A stretch of 64,000 bases of DNA from Moniliella sp. 'wahieum' (Eukaryota). The stretch spans positions 62,001-126,000 of the forward strand of contig RSEE01000097.1 in the NCBI GenBank assembly GCA_003971905.1. The letters are read 5' to 3'. The notes beneath the pieces are model-generated. The model was not told the origin of the DNA. It did not search any database and was given only the letters and a program-made list of their open reading frames with translations. Position 1 is the first letter of the stretch, and every line of letters begins with the position of its first letter. Shown here piece by piece: positions 38,859-50,403 of the stretch. Position numbers and translations under genes: made by a program.

Positions 38859-41206
38859 GCGAGCGGGAGGAGGGGGAGCAGGTGGTGGTGGTGGTGGTGG
38901 TGGTGGTGGTAGGGTGGTGGGGTGGTAGGGGTGGTAGGGGAGGATGTGAGTGCGTGAGTGTGGCTGACGGGTGGTACGTACACCAGACTGTGTTATTATT
39001 ACCTGCTAGCCGACACAGCTCCTGCTTCCAGACAATCGAAGGCGCATCTATGCAGACACGAGCCACAGTGCTGGGTGCCGGCTGCCGCCAGTGCATCTGC
39101 ACATGCTGCGCTGGTGCCCTGGCGCACCAAGCGCTAATACTAAAGACCAGACGCCCTCCGCCTGCCGACAGAACGACATGCTCAACGTTACTTGCTGAAT
39201 CGCCCGTCCCCCTGGGCCTGGCTCTAGGCCACACTGGCCCCCCTGCACCCTGGTGCGCAGGAGAGCAGTGTGGGATGCGAGGTGGGGCAGCAGCGCATGC
39301 GGCAAGTGCTCTGCGTGCGTGTGCAGAAGAAGCGCCGTGGCTGCTGTGGCGCACCGCCTACCAGCCCTACCACGCCCTACCCTGCCCTCCCAGCCGCCTG
39401 ATGCTGATAGCAGAATGAAATGTTTGTCTCCGCAACTATCAACTCTCGACTCTTCCCCCTTCCACGCGCTCCACCCCCTGCAAAACCCTAAGAAAAATGA
39501 TCGATCATCGACTTCAATTCTATCGGGAGGCTTCCGTCTTCAAGCTTCAACGTTCAAGCTTCAAGCTTCAGATTCACCGGCACCCTTCCATCCACCACAC
39601 AGAATATATGTATGCGGACCAAGTGCGGAAACCATATGCGGCGCCAAAAGGGGTCTTGCGGCCCAAACAGCGTCTGACGATCGGGCCAAGCCAAGCCAAG
39701 CATATACTGATACGCAGTCAAGCCAATCGAGAGGTGGCCGTGGAAGCACCTTGTAGCACCTGGTTAGCTTACTGTGCGTGGTGCGACCGGTGACCGGTGA
39801 CCCGGTTACATATCAGATGCTGCTCATCCTTTTCCAACAACCCGCAGACATCAGTGCATCACACACACCCTTGTTAGCTGATACACTGATGCGCCGATGG
39901 GCCCTGCAAGGCCCTGCACCTTCGCGGGTGTGTCAAGCAGTTGTCAAGCAGTTGCCAAGCTTCAAGCTTCAAGCTTCGATCTCCACCTCATATACGTAGC
40001 CATCCACAGCCATATAGCGTAGTAGGAACGCTGGGGGACTGGTAATTACCGTTACCGGTTACTGGATAGGCCCTACCATTCTCACAATAGAGCCTCTCCA
40101 GAGTATACCTCCTCTCCGATTGCGAAACCGTACCCTGCATTCCCTTCCCGTCGGTGCGTCACGCCTATTTTAGTACACTAGCCCCTACCGGCCATCTCTA
40201 GCACTTTCCAATAGAGGTGCTGCACACCATCACACTGCTCAGTAGATCGTGCAAGCGGTATGATTATGATTGCAACCCAAAGCCCAAACCACAGGTTGGT
40301 GCATTTCGCCTTTTCCATGTTTTGCATTGCCCCCCCCTGAAGATGAGGTCGATGATCGATGAGGCCGATGAGGCCGATGGGGTACCATCTGTGCATCATG
40401 CATCATGTGCATCATGTTCCTTCCCAGAGGGAAAAAGAAACATTCTCCAGGCATCCTCCGTCGGTGCATCTGGACACCAATTCAATGCACTATTACCAAC
40501 TGCTTGTAGCGCGCATATTGCTCTCCATAAGCGTCTCGCAAACGGTGTTTCCAAATTCCATCTTTGCATTCTATCACACACGCAATGACGTTCCATGGAA
40601 GGAGGGATAGAGGGCGCATGGGCTGCTAAAAAGAGAAGGCAATGGGACAAGCCATTGCAGGACAAGCCACAGATGGCACGGCTGCTGCGCTCGCGGCCTT
40701 CCACAAAACGCACATCAGGTGTTGGACGTTGAACGTTCAAGTGAACGTTGATTGGTGTGGCAGGGAGGGCCTGTGCTGCCGATTGCGGCCTATGCGCTGT
40801 GCCTATAGGCCTAGCTACTAAGCGTCTAGGATGCCAGCTGTTAATGACGCGTTGCGTAACCGGGTAACCCGCACGTAACCACACCAGCCACAAGCCCATC
40901 TGTCGATCTGCGCATCAATCATCATTAATCGATAATCATCGATCATCGACTCACACTCACTGTCACTGTGATATGTGACGTGTGTGGACACACCACTGTG
41001 GCGTACCCAAGTGACATGCATGTCACACGTGTCAACGTGTGGCGGACGTGTGCCAGGCCCGTTCAAACGTGTTCAACGAACGTTCATCTTACCTGCGCTA
41101 AAATTTAAAATGTTGATGTCGAAATGTGCAACTTGTGTTGTGGCGACTGAGACGCAAGGCTAATATACGAGGAGACCACCGGGCCTACGGCCCGGTCAGC
41201 TGCTGC

Positions 41207-41317
41207 GTCGCCACCGTCGCCACCGTTCCCCTGTGCCACCTTAGCCACCGTTTGCCCCTTCGCACCGTAGCCACCGTTCCCCGGTCCCGTCGCCACCTTA
41301 GCCACCGTTCCACCGTT
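41207..41317. repeat. Degenerate GCCACCGT/GCCACCTT repeat cluster (about 8 units)
   Basis: gtcgccaccgtcgccaccgtt..gccaccttagccaccgtt..gccaccgtt..gccaccttagccaccgttccaccgtt. Confidence 0.75.
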
Positions 41318-41674
41318 GTAAGACCGGAGGAACCCAGGGAATTGGGTGAAAGAACCTCTGGAAATGTAGAGCAATGCAATCGCGATGGTGGTGGTTTAGG
41401 TCTAAGCCTTGTGCCACCTAGAGACAGGGGTTCAGACAAGCCTGAGTATACACGTGGAGGCTTCGGAGGACAAATCAGGTGAAGGGTGATGAGACGCCTT
41501 GCCTAAGTACGGGACCAGGGGTCCCAACAACCGTCGGTACCTTCACGCTGGAACCCTTCCACGTGGAGAGGGCAAATAATATCACCGATTCTCTGGCTGC
41601 GGGTGGCTGGGAACGTGGCACGGTCGGCACGTGCCTATGACGCAAAAGTGTGCAGGATTCCCAGCCGATCTTAT

Positions 41675-42905
41675 GAGACGACGTGCTGGCCGAGATTGAT
41701 GCCTTCATCTGCACGGAGTTCAGACGGATCCGGGGCGACGAGGATCCCCAAGGTGCCAAGGACGACCACTTCGACATGCTCATGAGCCTGCCTCTTCGGC
41801 TGGGAGGATGTGGCAGCCCGCTTTACTCGTATATCGCGCCCACGCCCGTGCCGCGGCCAACGAGGTCAACGACTATCTCATTACCACTTATGTTGACCGT
41901 TCGGGACCGCAAACGGCAAGGGCCAACGCATTACGAAGCAACGCCAGCGCTGCCGCGAGATGTGGGAGCAAAGTCGACAGGAGCTGCTCCAGAAGCTGGA
42001 CGCTGCCGATGGTCGCCATGTGGTTGAGCACAGCAACCCGCTGAGCCACAACTGGCTCTCCGCCATTCCATCCGTCCCGTACCTCAAGCTCTCTGACCAG
42101 CAGGTCCAGGTTGGTCTCCAGCTCCGCACGCTGTGCCGCACCACGCGCAGCATGTGCAAGTGCGGCATCATGTCCTCGCTGGAACATATCATGTCCTGCA
42201 CCCGCACCCAGGCCAAGTTTGGTGCGTTGCATGAGGCAGTGCGGGAGCCCATTCTCCAGCTCCTCCGCTCCATCCCCGACACCCACGTCCACAACGAACC
42301 TATGGTGGAGGAAGAGGATGGGACGAGGCGCGGACGGAAGGCACAGCGCACCGATTACCGCGTGATGGGGCCCGGAGCACTGGGAGGAACCGGAATGGAG
42401 TAGACCACACGCTGCGCGGACACGGGATCGCAGGAGGCGCAGAGCGCGTACCGGCGGGTGGTGCATGAGAGCACTGCGTCGCCTTTGGAACGCCGGGAGA
42501 AGGAACTGCTTCGGCTGCTTGAACAAGCAGAATGCGACAAGAACGCCAAGTACCAGGGACGCACTCAAGAACCGTTTTTCCCCCTGGTTTGACGACGCGA
42601 GGATACTACGGCACCAAGACGGCGGGCAAGTTGTTTGCGCATTGGAAGGAGTGGCTACTAAGTCTCAGTGGAAATGGTTCCTCGCTCGTATGTCAACCAC
42701 GTTCCTCCGTGTCCACACGCGCTTCCTAGGGTACGGGACCGGATGGCGTGAGCCGGAGGGTCCTGATATCCTGGCGATCCCCCTGGTTTTGACCTTAGTG
42801 GCGTTCCAAGTAACCCTCGCAAGATGAACGGTTCGGTTTAGACGTAGCGTTCCCCCTGTCCCAGCCTTAAGCTCTGTCAATGGAATGCACACAATATAGA
42901 GATAC
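41675..42905 (+). mobile_element. 5'-truncated or internally deleted non-LTR retrotransposon with restriction-like endonuclease (CRE clade, Cnl1/MoTeR-like)
   Basis: Post-RT thumb LMSLPLRLGGCG..APHARAAA. WLSAIPSVPYLKLSDQQVQVGLQLRTL. CCHC finger CKCG....LEHIMSC. HEAV, HNEP, RTD and (V)D, K.AKY, FSPLVLTTRGYYG, as in RLE elements. No YxDD RT core seen. 3' end approximate. Confidence 0.8.
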
Positions 42906-43883
42906 GGTGTGGTAACCTAGGGTATTCTCCCGCGTGGGAGCAGCAAGCAATATGCGGGCGCCTCTATCGATGGTTTGGCGGAACGTTTTCCTTCTCAGCG
43001 TCAGCATACGACGTCTTGAATCAGTCACGTTTTTACCAGTAATCTAGTAATCATTGCACGCACAGGAGACATACACGGAAGTTCTCCCTAATACGTTGCA
43101 TCGGACCACAAGTCTGGGAGGGGCAGGCGTTCTGAGCTGCCTCAGTCATATTCACACAGTGTAGGAATCATCGGAGTTGACCACGGAGGGATTGCATCCA
43201 GAGGTGGGAAAAGGACGAGCATTATGGCTTCCGTCTTGATGCTTGATGCTTGACGGCTATGTCTTGGACGCTGTCACTGCCCCACTCAGAGGCTGAATCT
43301 GTGCCCCGTCCAGGGCTCCGGCTTGGGCTTCATCTAGCTCTCTTTCATGAAGCTCTCGACGAAACGCGGAAGAGGTTCATCCCGCTTGGGTTGTCCGCCA
43401 ATATAGTCAAATGGGCGAATATGACTTCCGAATCTGTAGCGGGCACAAACGTCGCGCTAATGTCGCGAGCTACGAGCAAGGCAGCGCTTGGCATGTAAGT
43501 AGACTGTGTGCATGGTGGAGGAGAGAAGAGCTACGTATACTCATCAGCTTGGTGTGCTTGTTGGCAGCGCCCACAGTTGATAGGGCTGAACGGATTCGTC
43601 TCCATTTGCCGCCATCTCACCAGGATGCGTTTCGCGCCCTAGTGCCACCGTTCACTCTACTCTCCTTTTGTATCAAAGCACGTTCAACGTCGTTCGCCCT
43701 ACAGCCACTTCCACCCTCCTTACCGTACTCCGCATCTTTCTCCTTTATTTGCTCTTCTTGCTGGCATGATCATCATGCTGCGCAATTCAAACCGGAACAT
43801 ACTTATAACCCATTTTGTCCGCCCATAACCCCTCACCCCTCACCACCTACACACCACCTATACTGTTTGTCAACCTTCCATCA

Positions 43884-45162
43884 TGACGTCCCAGTCCAGC
43901 CTTCGACCGTCGCGGCGCATTCGCCCGCAAAGCTCAGCTTTTCCCAAGAAGCGCAAGGTTTCTCCTTTCGTCAAGAGAACTGTTATGTGTGACATGAGTT
44001 CTCTTCCCATCGTCCGACCGCTTCGGTACGTTACCCGCGTCTCCCATCAACCTTACGTATGACGCAGAAATAAGTTGTGACGGCGCTGTTGATATGCTGA
44101 TGTTGATGCGATGGGCCAGGCGAAATAACACTGGACAATACCACTGTCACAGTCGGGGCTATAAGGCGAGGGAGACCAGAATCGGGACTAGGCCAAGGTG
44201 TAGCAATCGTTCGTGGGGAAGAACCAAGAACAGAGGACATGTGGTGCGAAGTGAAGAAACAGGGGGAGCGAGACACTCGAGACGAAGAAATTGGAAATGG
44301 GAGCGAGATCAGCCAAACTATGACAACCACAAAGCGCCCTTTGGCGATCTGGATAGCACCAGGCTGGACCGCCTAACCATGCACCGAATAAATGGGAGAG
44401 CTGTGCGACCCCCGGGAATGATGATGTCTCGGCACTGAATACTACGTCAATCTCCACAGTGATGGCGACCCCACTACACTGTGGCAATAGTCCCAGCACC
44501 AGTGGCCACAATGCCCTGTGCCCCTCCCATGCCGTCCTGGCTGCAACATGAAAACGAAACCAACCCGTCGGAGACAAAACGCTTAAGCACGCAGATGTTG
44601 CGGGACCGGAGTTGCCAAAAAGGTTGTTATGCTTCCAGCGCCGGAGAAAGAGCTGTTTCGACTGCTGGAACAAGTGCCAAGCGACAACAATCTCAAATAC
44701 CAGGGTTGCACTCAAGTGCATTTCTTCTCGTTGAACATGACGCGGGCAACGCGTGATATTATGTCACCACTGCAAACGGCGAACACAATAAGATGTTAGA
44801 GCACTGGAAGGCATTAAGTGGCGAAGAGTTCATCATTGCTCAGATGGTTCAACATGTTCTCCGCTCACATGCCTATACCTTTGCACGCTCATTAAAGTCC
44901 ACGCGCGCTTCAAACGGGTTGAAAGCGAATGGCAGGCGCCGGACGGTCCTAACCGGCAGTGTTGGCGACTGTGCATTGCTTTCGCAATTGGGTTTGGCGC
45001 CAACCAATCGTCGAGCAGCTCACGCCGTATGAGCAGCCCCTCCCAATCGCAGTAGATGGGAGGACCACCCCTCTCGATGTTGAACGGATCCGGAGAAGGC
45101 ACATATATCTCCCTTTATATTGTGAGAGAGAGCAGGACGACTTTGATGACTGCGAAGCGTAG
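43884..45162 (+). CDS. Hypothetical orphan protein, spliced and frameshifted, with a basic NLS
   Basis: ATG at ~43884 reads MTSQSSLRPSRRIRPQSSAFPKKRKVSPF. Intron-like GTACGT...ATGAC.CAG at ~44026-44067. A run of + strand ORF fragments continues to TAG 45162. No recognisable domain. Confidence 0.3.
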
Positions 45163-46339
45163 TATGTATGTCGGAGAATATAGGGAACCATATAGTTTTG
45201 TCACATATAGGGATCATTCACATTGCCGAAACGGTGCCGTGGTCTGCGTCACTCGGTGTGCCGAAGAGAGTGGATAAACTCACAGTCAATCGACAATGGC
45301 AGCTCGGCTCCATATCTTCTTCTTCGTTGTCTGCCGTGCTCTATCGTCGGTAACGTATCCAAACCCAACAAGTATACTGAAGAGACAAGTGGTTTAGCGC
45401 TTACGCGGCCCCTCATGTATCCGTATCGAGTATCTTCGCTCAGCTTATACCAACCCATCGGAGCAATAGTGCATAACGGGGCCAGCCCAGGCCGGTGGTG
45501 GGTGGCGGTCTGTGTGTGATTGTGGGAGCGCACATACGTATTGCTGCTCTTCTATGGCGACAAGGGGAGGGATGTGCATGTTGCACCGGTGCATGCAGCA
45601 TGCTGCATGCGGCAGCCCTTCGGTGGCGCGGCTTGATCGGGCTCGGAGTCCGGAGTTCCAAGGGGGGCGGTGGGGGAAGGGTCAGTTGAAACTGGAAGCT
45701 TTCATTTGACGAGGTAGGTTTGACGCTTACACACGGACCAGGGAGGAGGTGAGCGGCAGAGGCGTCTTTTGCTTTGCACGTGACTGTGTGATCAGCCGTG
45801 CATGCGGCTGCTGAGTTGGGCCTGGCTGGCTGGGGCCGGAAGTCCGACGGCTGAGTTGAGAGTGCTGAGGCAGCTGAGTGGCTAGGCGCAACGCAGTGCT
45901 GACGCGTGGGTTATGACGATGTGCATGTGACGTGTGACTGCGACCGATGACCGGTGTCTGGGACATGTGACAGTCGTGACAACGTACGCGCGGCGGGGCA
46001 CACACTGCTGGGGTGCAGGGGTGGTTTAAGACGCGATCTGCGCAGCCAGCTGGGCCAGCTAGACTCTCTTGCCGAGTCCAGCACGGCGCCAGTGGGCAGC
46101 GGGCCTCCGTCCCTTCCCAGCGCCCGCTCACATCTGCCGTGCCTGGTGGCGCATCGCTGGTCCCCGCCCGCCCACCCGAGCACTCGAGCATTCTATCCAG
46201 CTTATGCAGCACTCAGCAGCGCAGCTCAGCACCCGCCCGCGCTTCTCCCTTCTTGGTCCGCCCCTCTTTCTCTTTCTCCTTCCCCCCCCTCCCCCTCCCC
46301 CCACCTGCACGCCCACGTCCAGTTGTTGCCTCCCCCATC

Positions 46340-47757
46340 ATGCACCTCACCGGAACCTCATTGGTCGCTGCCTTGGCCGCCGCCAGCAGCGTCTCTGCCC
46401 GCGCCATCCTGTACCGCCCCGAGGTCCGCGCCGCCCCCACCCCTGCGCTCGACAAGCGGGCCGCTGCCGTGACGGCGTCGGCGTCGGCGGTCACCACCGT
46501 GCCATTCACCCCGCCGGCGTCGACCAAGCCTGCTGGCGTCTGGTCCGTCGCGGATCCGACCCCGTTCTCGTACGGCACGCCCAGCAGCACCTATTTCGGC
46601 GTCAAGGCCCGTGGCAAGAACGGGCCCACCAACCCGGACCAACCGTCGCTCAACACCCCGGTCAACCAGACCTCCGACTCGCGCCTGGCCAGCATCAACT
46701 CCATTGACGACTGGTGCACCTTCGGCCCGTCCCCGCTCAACAACACCGACACCCTCGGCGACCTGGAGCAGACTACCGTGGCCTACTGCACCAAGCCTCG
46801 TAACAATGCTCGTGTGATTGTATGTTGATCCCTCCCCTCCCCTTTGCCCCCCTGTCGTCTGTAATGTTCCCCAAACACTGACTCTCTGTTTTTGTTTTTG
46901 TTTCGTTGTGTTTCTAGCCCGATGGCACGGTGACGGCGGTTCAGTTTATCAAGACGCCGCTGTACGTGCAGCTGTACGCCACCGGCAACTTTGCCAACAT
47001 CAATGTCGCTCCCGGCGACTCGGGCGGAGAGCTGGACCCCCACGGCGCCACCAACATGGGCAACCCCGTCGGTGGCAACGTTACCTCCAACGTGAACGAC
47101 GGCAAGACGGATGTGTTTTACGAAGAGTGGATGAACTACATCTCCTCCTCTGAGATCTGCTTCCGCGTGTGCATTGCCGGTGCGGACGAGGCCACGCCAT
47201 CGACCGAGTGCCAGCACACGCTGGACGAGATGGGCTGTGCGTTTGTTATGGCTCAGATGCCGCCGGCGAACGGGACGTTCGAGTCGTGCGAGGCCGAGGC
47301 GGCGTACCCTCCGGGCCTGTACCCCCAGCCCGACGGATCCACCTCCACGTTCCAACAGTTCTACGCGGGTGTCTACACCCACGATGGTACCGCCTACTCG
47401 TACCAGAATGCTCAGTCGGACCAGGTCACCCTTCTGCCGCATACTCCTACCCTACCCCTAGCTTGCGCTGCCGTTACCACCATCAGCAATGGCTTGGTTG
47501 GCATGGACTACCTTGCCCCCCCCGCCTCCACTACTTCCACCACCTCTTCCGTCGCTCCTACTGCCCCCGCGCCAGCCTCTGCCTCGGCCTCTGCCTCTCC
47601 CGCTGCCAGCGGCGGTAGCACCCTGATCCCCGCCTCGGCTTCTACCGCCGACGCGGAGAGCTCGCCCAAAAAGTCGTCCGCTGCACGCACCAACGTCCTG
47701 GGCGGCACGGTGGCAGTGCTGGCTGCTCTGGCGGTCAGTGGGATGGCGCTGCTCTAA
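46340..47757 (+). CDS. Secreted GPI-anchored mannoprotein, Cryptococcus MP88 / macrophage-activating glycoprotein family; intron 46820-46917
   Basis: Signal peptide MHLTGTSLVAALAAASSVSA and a KR site. RLASINSIDDWCTFGP, VAYCTKPRNNARVI|PDGTVTAVQFIKTPLYVQ, GDSGGELDPHGA..GNPVGGNV, EWMNYIS..CFRVC, CQHTLDEMGC. Ser/Thr/Ala-rich stalk and hydrophobic GPI tail. Confidence 0.88.
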
Positions 47758-48705
47758 AGCAAAACCCATCTAGTTTACTGCAACATGCAACTGTTCCGCT
47801 GTTTTATCCCAACCGTTGCGTGCGCTCATCGGCACACCGTGCACATCTAACTAAAGTCTACCTTTGCTGCACCCTCTTCATACACCATCCTCTCCTTGCT
47901 CTCTCCTTGTTCTTTCCTTGCCTCCTCTTTCAGTCCCCTTCCGGGCCACATTTTTCTCCCCCCCCTCCCCATAGAGTCCTGATCCTGCCTTGTTACCCTG
48001 CCCCCCCTAGGGCTTATCTTGTTCTCAAATCAGGTGTCTCTCTGTATGGCGGCATTTACCCTCTTTTCATCATCTTTTCGTTCTCTGTCTACTGGAAGTC
48101 GCAAGCCCTCCCACTTGTGGTGTACACTGTAGTTTGCTGATGTCGATACCCGTCTCTGTTCGATTGCGGATCTCACCGTCGGATTCCATTTGTTTTCTTT
48201 GTCGAGGTCTCAGCGCTCAGCCTGGTTGGTTCGGATGGCATGTGCCCAAACGACTTAATTGTCCTTTTCTTGGTTTGCACACGGACTGGTTTGTATCCTT
48301 CACTTCGAGGAAGAGAAACTCCAGCTTCCGACTTTGTTACACCTTATGGCCTTATACCCCTTCGCTGAATCTGTGCTGTGCTCTTCATTATAATGCGCCC
48401 TCCCTATACCTGTGCCCCGTAGTGTCCCACAGACGGGACAATCCCCAGGGCATAGTGACTAGAGAGACTAGTGCCTAGTGACTAGCTTGGCTAGCGACCC
48501 GTACTAGTGACTGTTTTCGTAGCGCTGCTGAGGCTCGGCCCGGCGGATCTTTTGCTGCATGAAATTTGCAACCTCCCACGACCTCCCACTGCGGTTGCAA
48601 CATTTCAGCCGGCCGGCAATCCTTGGTCCGAGGCGAATTGAACATTGAAGCTTGAAGCTTTGAAGGAAGCAATTGCCATCCGATCCGCCGGATGGATCCT
48701 GCCGC

Positions 48706-48736
<31 letters not shown>

Positions 48737-48763
48737 CTCGCCGCCTCCGCCAGCCAGCTCAGC

Positions 48764-49458
48764 ATGTCGCAGGCCCAGAAGACCACGCTCAGCCTCTACC
48801 GCGGCTTCATCCAGGCCTCGCGTCAGTGGCCCATTGACAAGATCCGCAAGGACCTGCAGTTTGGCGATGCGCTGCGTGCCGCACCCACCGAGCCTTTCTC
48901 CGTTCCCCGCCGCCCGAGTCGCGCCTCATGGACCGCACCAACGAGGCCGAGAAGGCGGCTGGTAAGATCCACATTGTTGGTGTCTACACCCTCGTACCGA
49001 GTCTCAAAATTCAGGCAAGCATCGTTGGACTTCACTCAAGCTCATTGACGATGAAAAGATCCTCGAGGGCGGCAAGAACTTGCGCACGATGAGTGAGGAA
49101 GAAATCAAGTACGCCAAGCGCTCTCTCCATAGCCTCCAACTCATCCTCAACAACAGGCCCTCCCAAAAAGTACGTTTTGTTCTTACCCATGTCTATTCCT
49201 TTTTTTTTGGCTCTGTTTGGTTTGGTTTGGCGTTGGTTTGGTTTCCTTCCCTCGCCTCCCTTGTTCTTCTTGCACTCACACCACGTATCCTGCCCAGTTC
49301 CCTACGCCGGAAGAAGTGCTGGAACCACCGAGCATGCCAACCTACTACGCCAGATTGCGTACCCAGGTGGCTATGCCGAGCAGGGCAAGGCTCCACCTGC
49401 TTTGACCTTCGCCCAACGAGTCAAGATCTTCATGGGTTACCGGCCTCACCAGGTCTAG
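48764..49458 (+). CDS. Small mitochondrial protein, Cbp6/UQCC2-like; probably two introns
   Basis: MSQAQKTTLSLYRGFIQASRQWPIDKIRKDLQFGDAL ... SLHSLQLILNNRPSQK|FPTPEEVLEPPSMPTYYARL. The WP.D..R and LxPxSxPxYYxxL pattern matches this family from memory. Intron GTACGT...CCCAG ~49170-49297. Confidence 0.55.
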
Positions 49459-50403
49459 ATTTGCCCTGTGCCCCCCTCTAATGGGACATGTGAGTCGGGT
49501 CTCCCATCCAGTCCCGTTCCTATCCAGTCGTCGCCTGGAAAGATAGCTGTTCGGGTCGAAATGCTCATGTTGACGATGCCGGGTGTGTCCCATCGCCGCG
49601 CGTAACGCCCTCGCGCATAAGGACTCAGTGCGGAGCCGGAGCCAGAGGCTGGAAGGATCGGACCGGAGGTAATGGACAGTAGTGAGGCTTCCACTCCTGA
49701 GCGAGGTAGCTTTCAGCGGCGATGAGTGCAGCCATCAGTGTGGCTCTGCTTCCCGGGCAAGTAGTTTGGGGGGGGGGGGGGGGGGGCAAAAGCCCACCTG
49801 AGCGCGAAGGTAGGGTGCCCCCCTCTGCGCAGGTGCTAAAAGTTAGGCAAGTGGTGGACCCATTCAGTTGTTTGCCGATCTGCCTCTGGTCCCTCCCAGC
49901 CCGCTGGTAGCCGCCTATATTCTTTGCGACAGTCGTGCTGGGTTGGTAGAGAGACTGTGGTAGCGCTGGGGTCTGCACTGCGTCGGTGAACTTGGGTGCG
50001 TAGGGCGAGCGCCTACATGTGAAAACTATTCGCTCCCGTTCCTCTTTTCCTTGTTCCTTCCCTGCCCCCATCCAATTTGCCCCTGATACCATCAACAACA
50101 CGTGTTGTGTGCCAATGGATGCAGGGAGGGCAACGTAGCGCCCCAGGACCGCCCCTAACATCCACTTGCACCTTCCCAATCCAAATACCTCGACAGAAGC
50201 CTTAGCCTGAGGCCCAGTTGTTGGTCAATTCATGAAAAAGGTGAAGCGGAAGTGAAGGTCATGCATCATGCATCATGAATGTTTAACTTGAACGTTCAAC
50301 TTGAACGTTCATGGAATGAACAGTTGAAAGGATGGCGGTTCTGTCTGTGCGCGTTCTTACCAGCCAAGCAGCTGTTTGGCCAAGACGACTCTGACTCGGC
50401 GGC

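Noticed and set aside
41470..41640. HVERANNITDSLAAG resembling an RNase H C-terminal motif of DIRS/Ngaro elements
   Set aside because: A single weak motif with no upstream catalytic residues or RT. It cannot be supported without a profile search.
49460..50180. Minus-strand ORFs between the Cbp6-like gene and CCA1
   Set aside because: No recognisable motif, interrupted by a poly-G run, and coding status unsupported.
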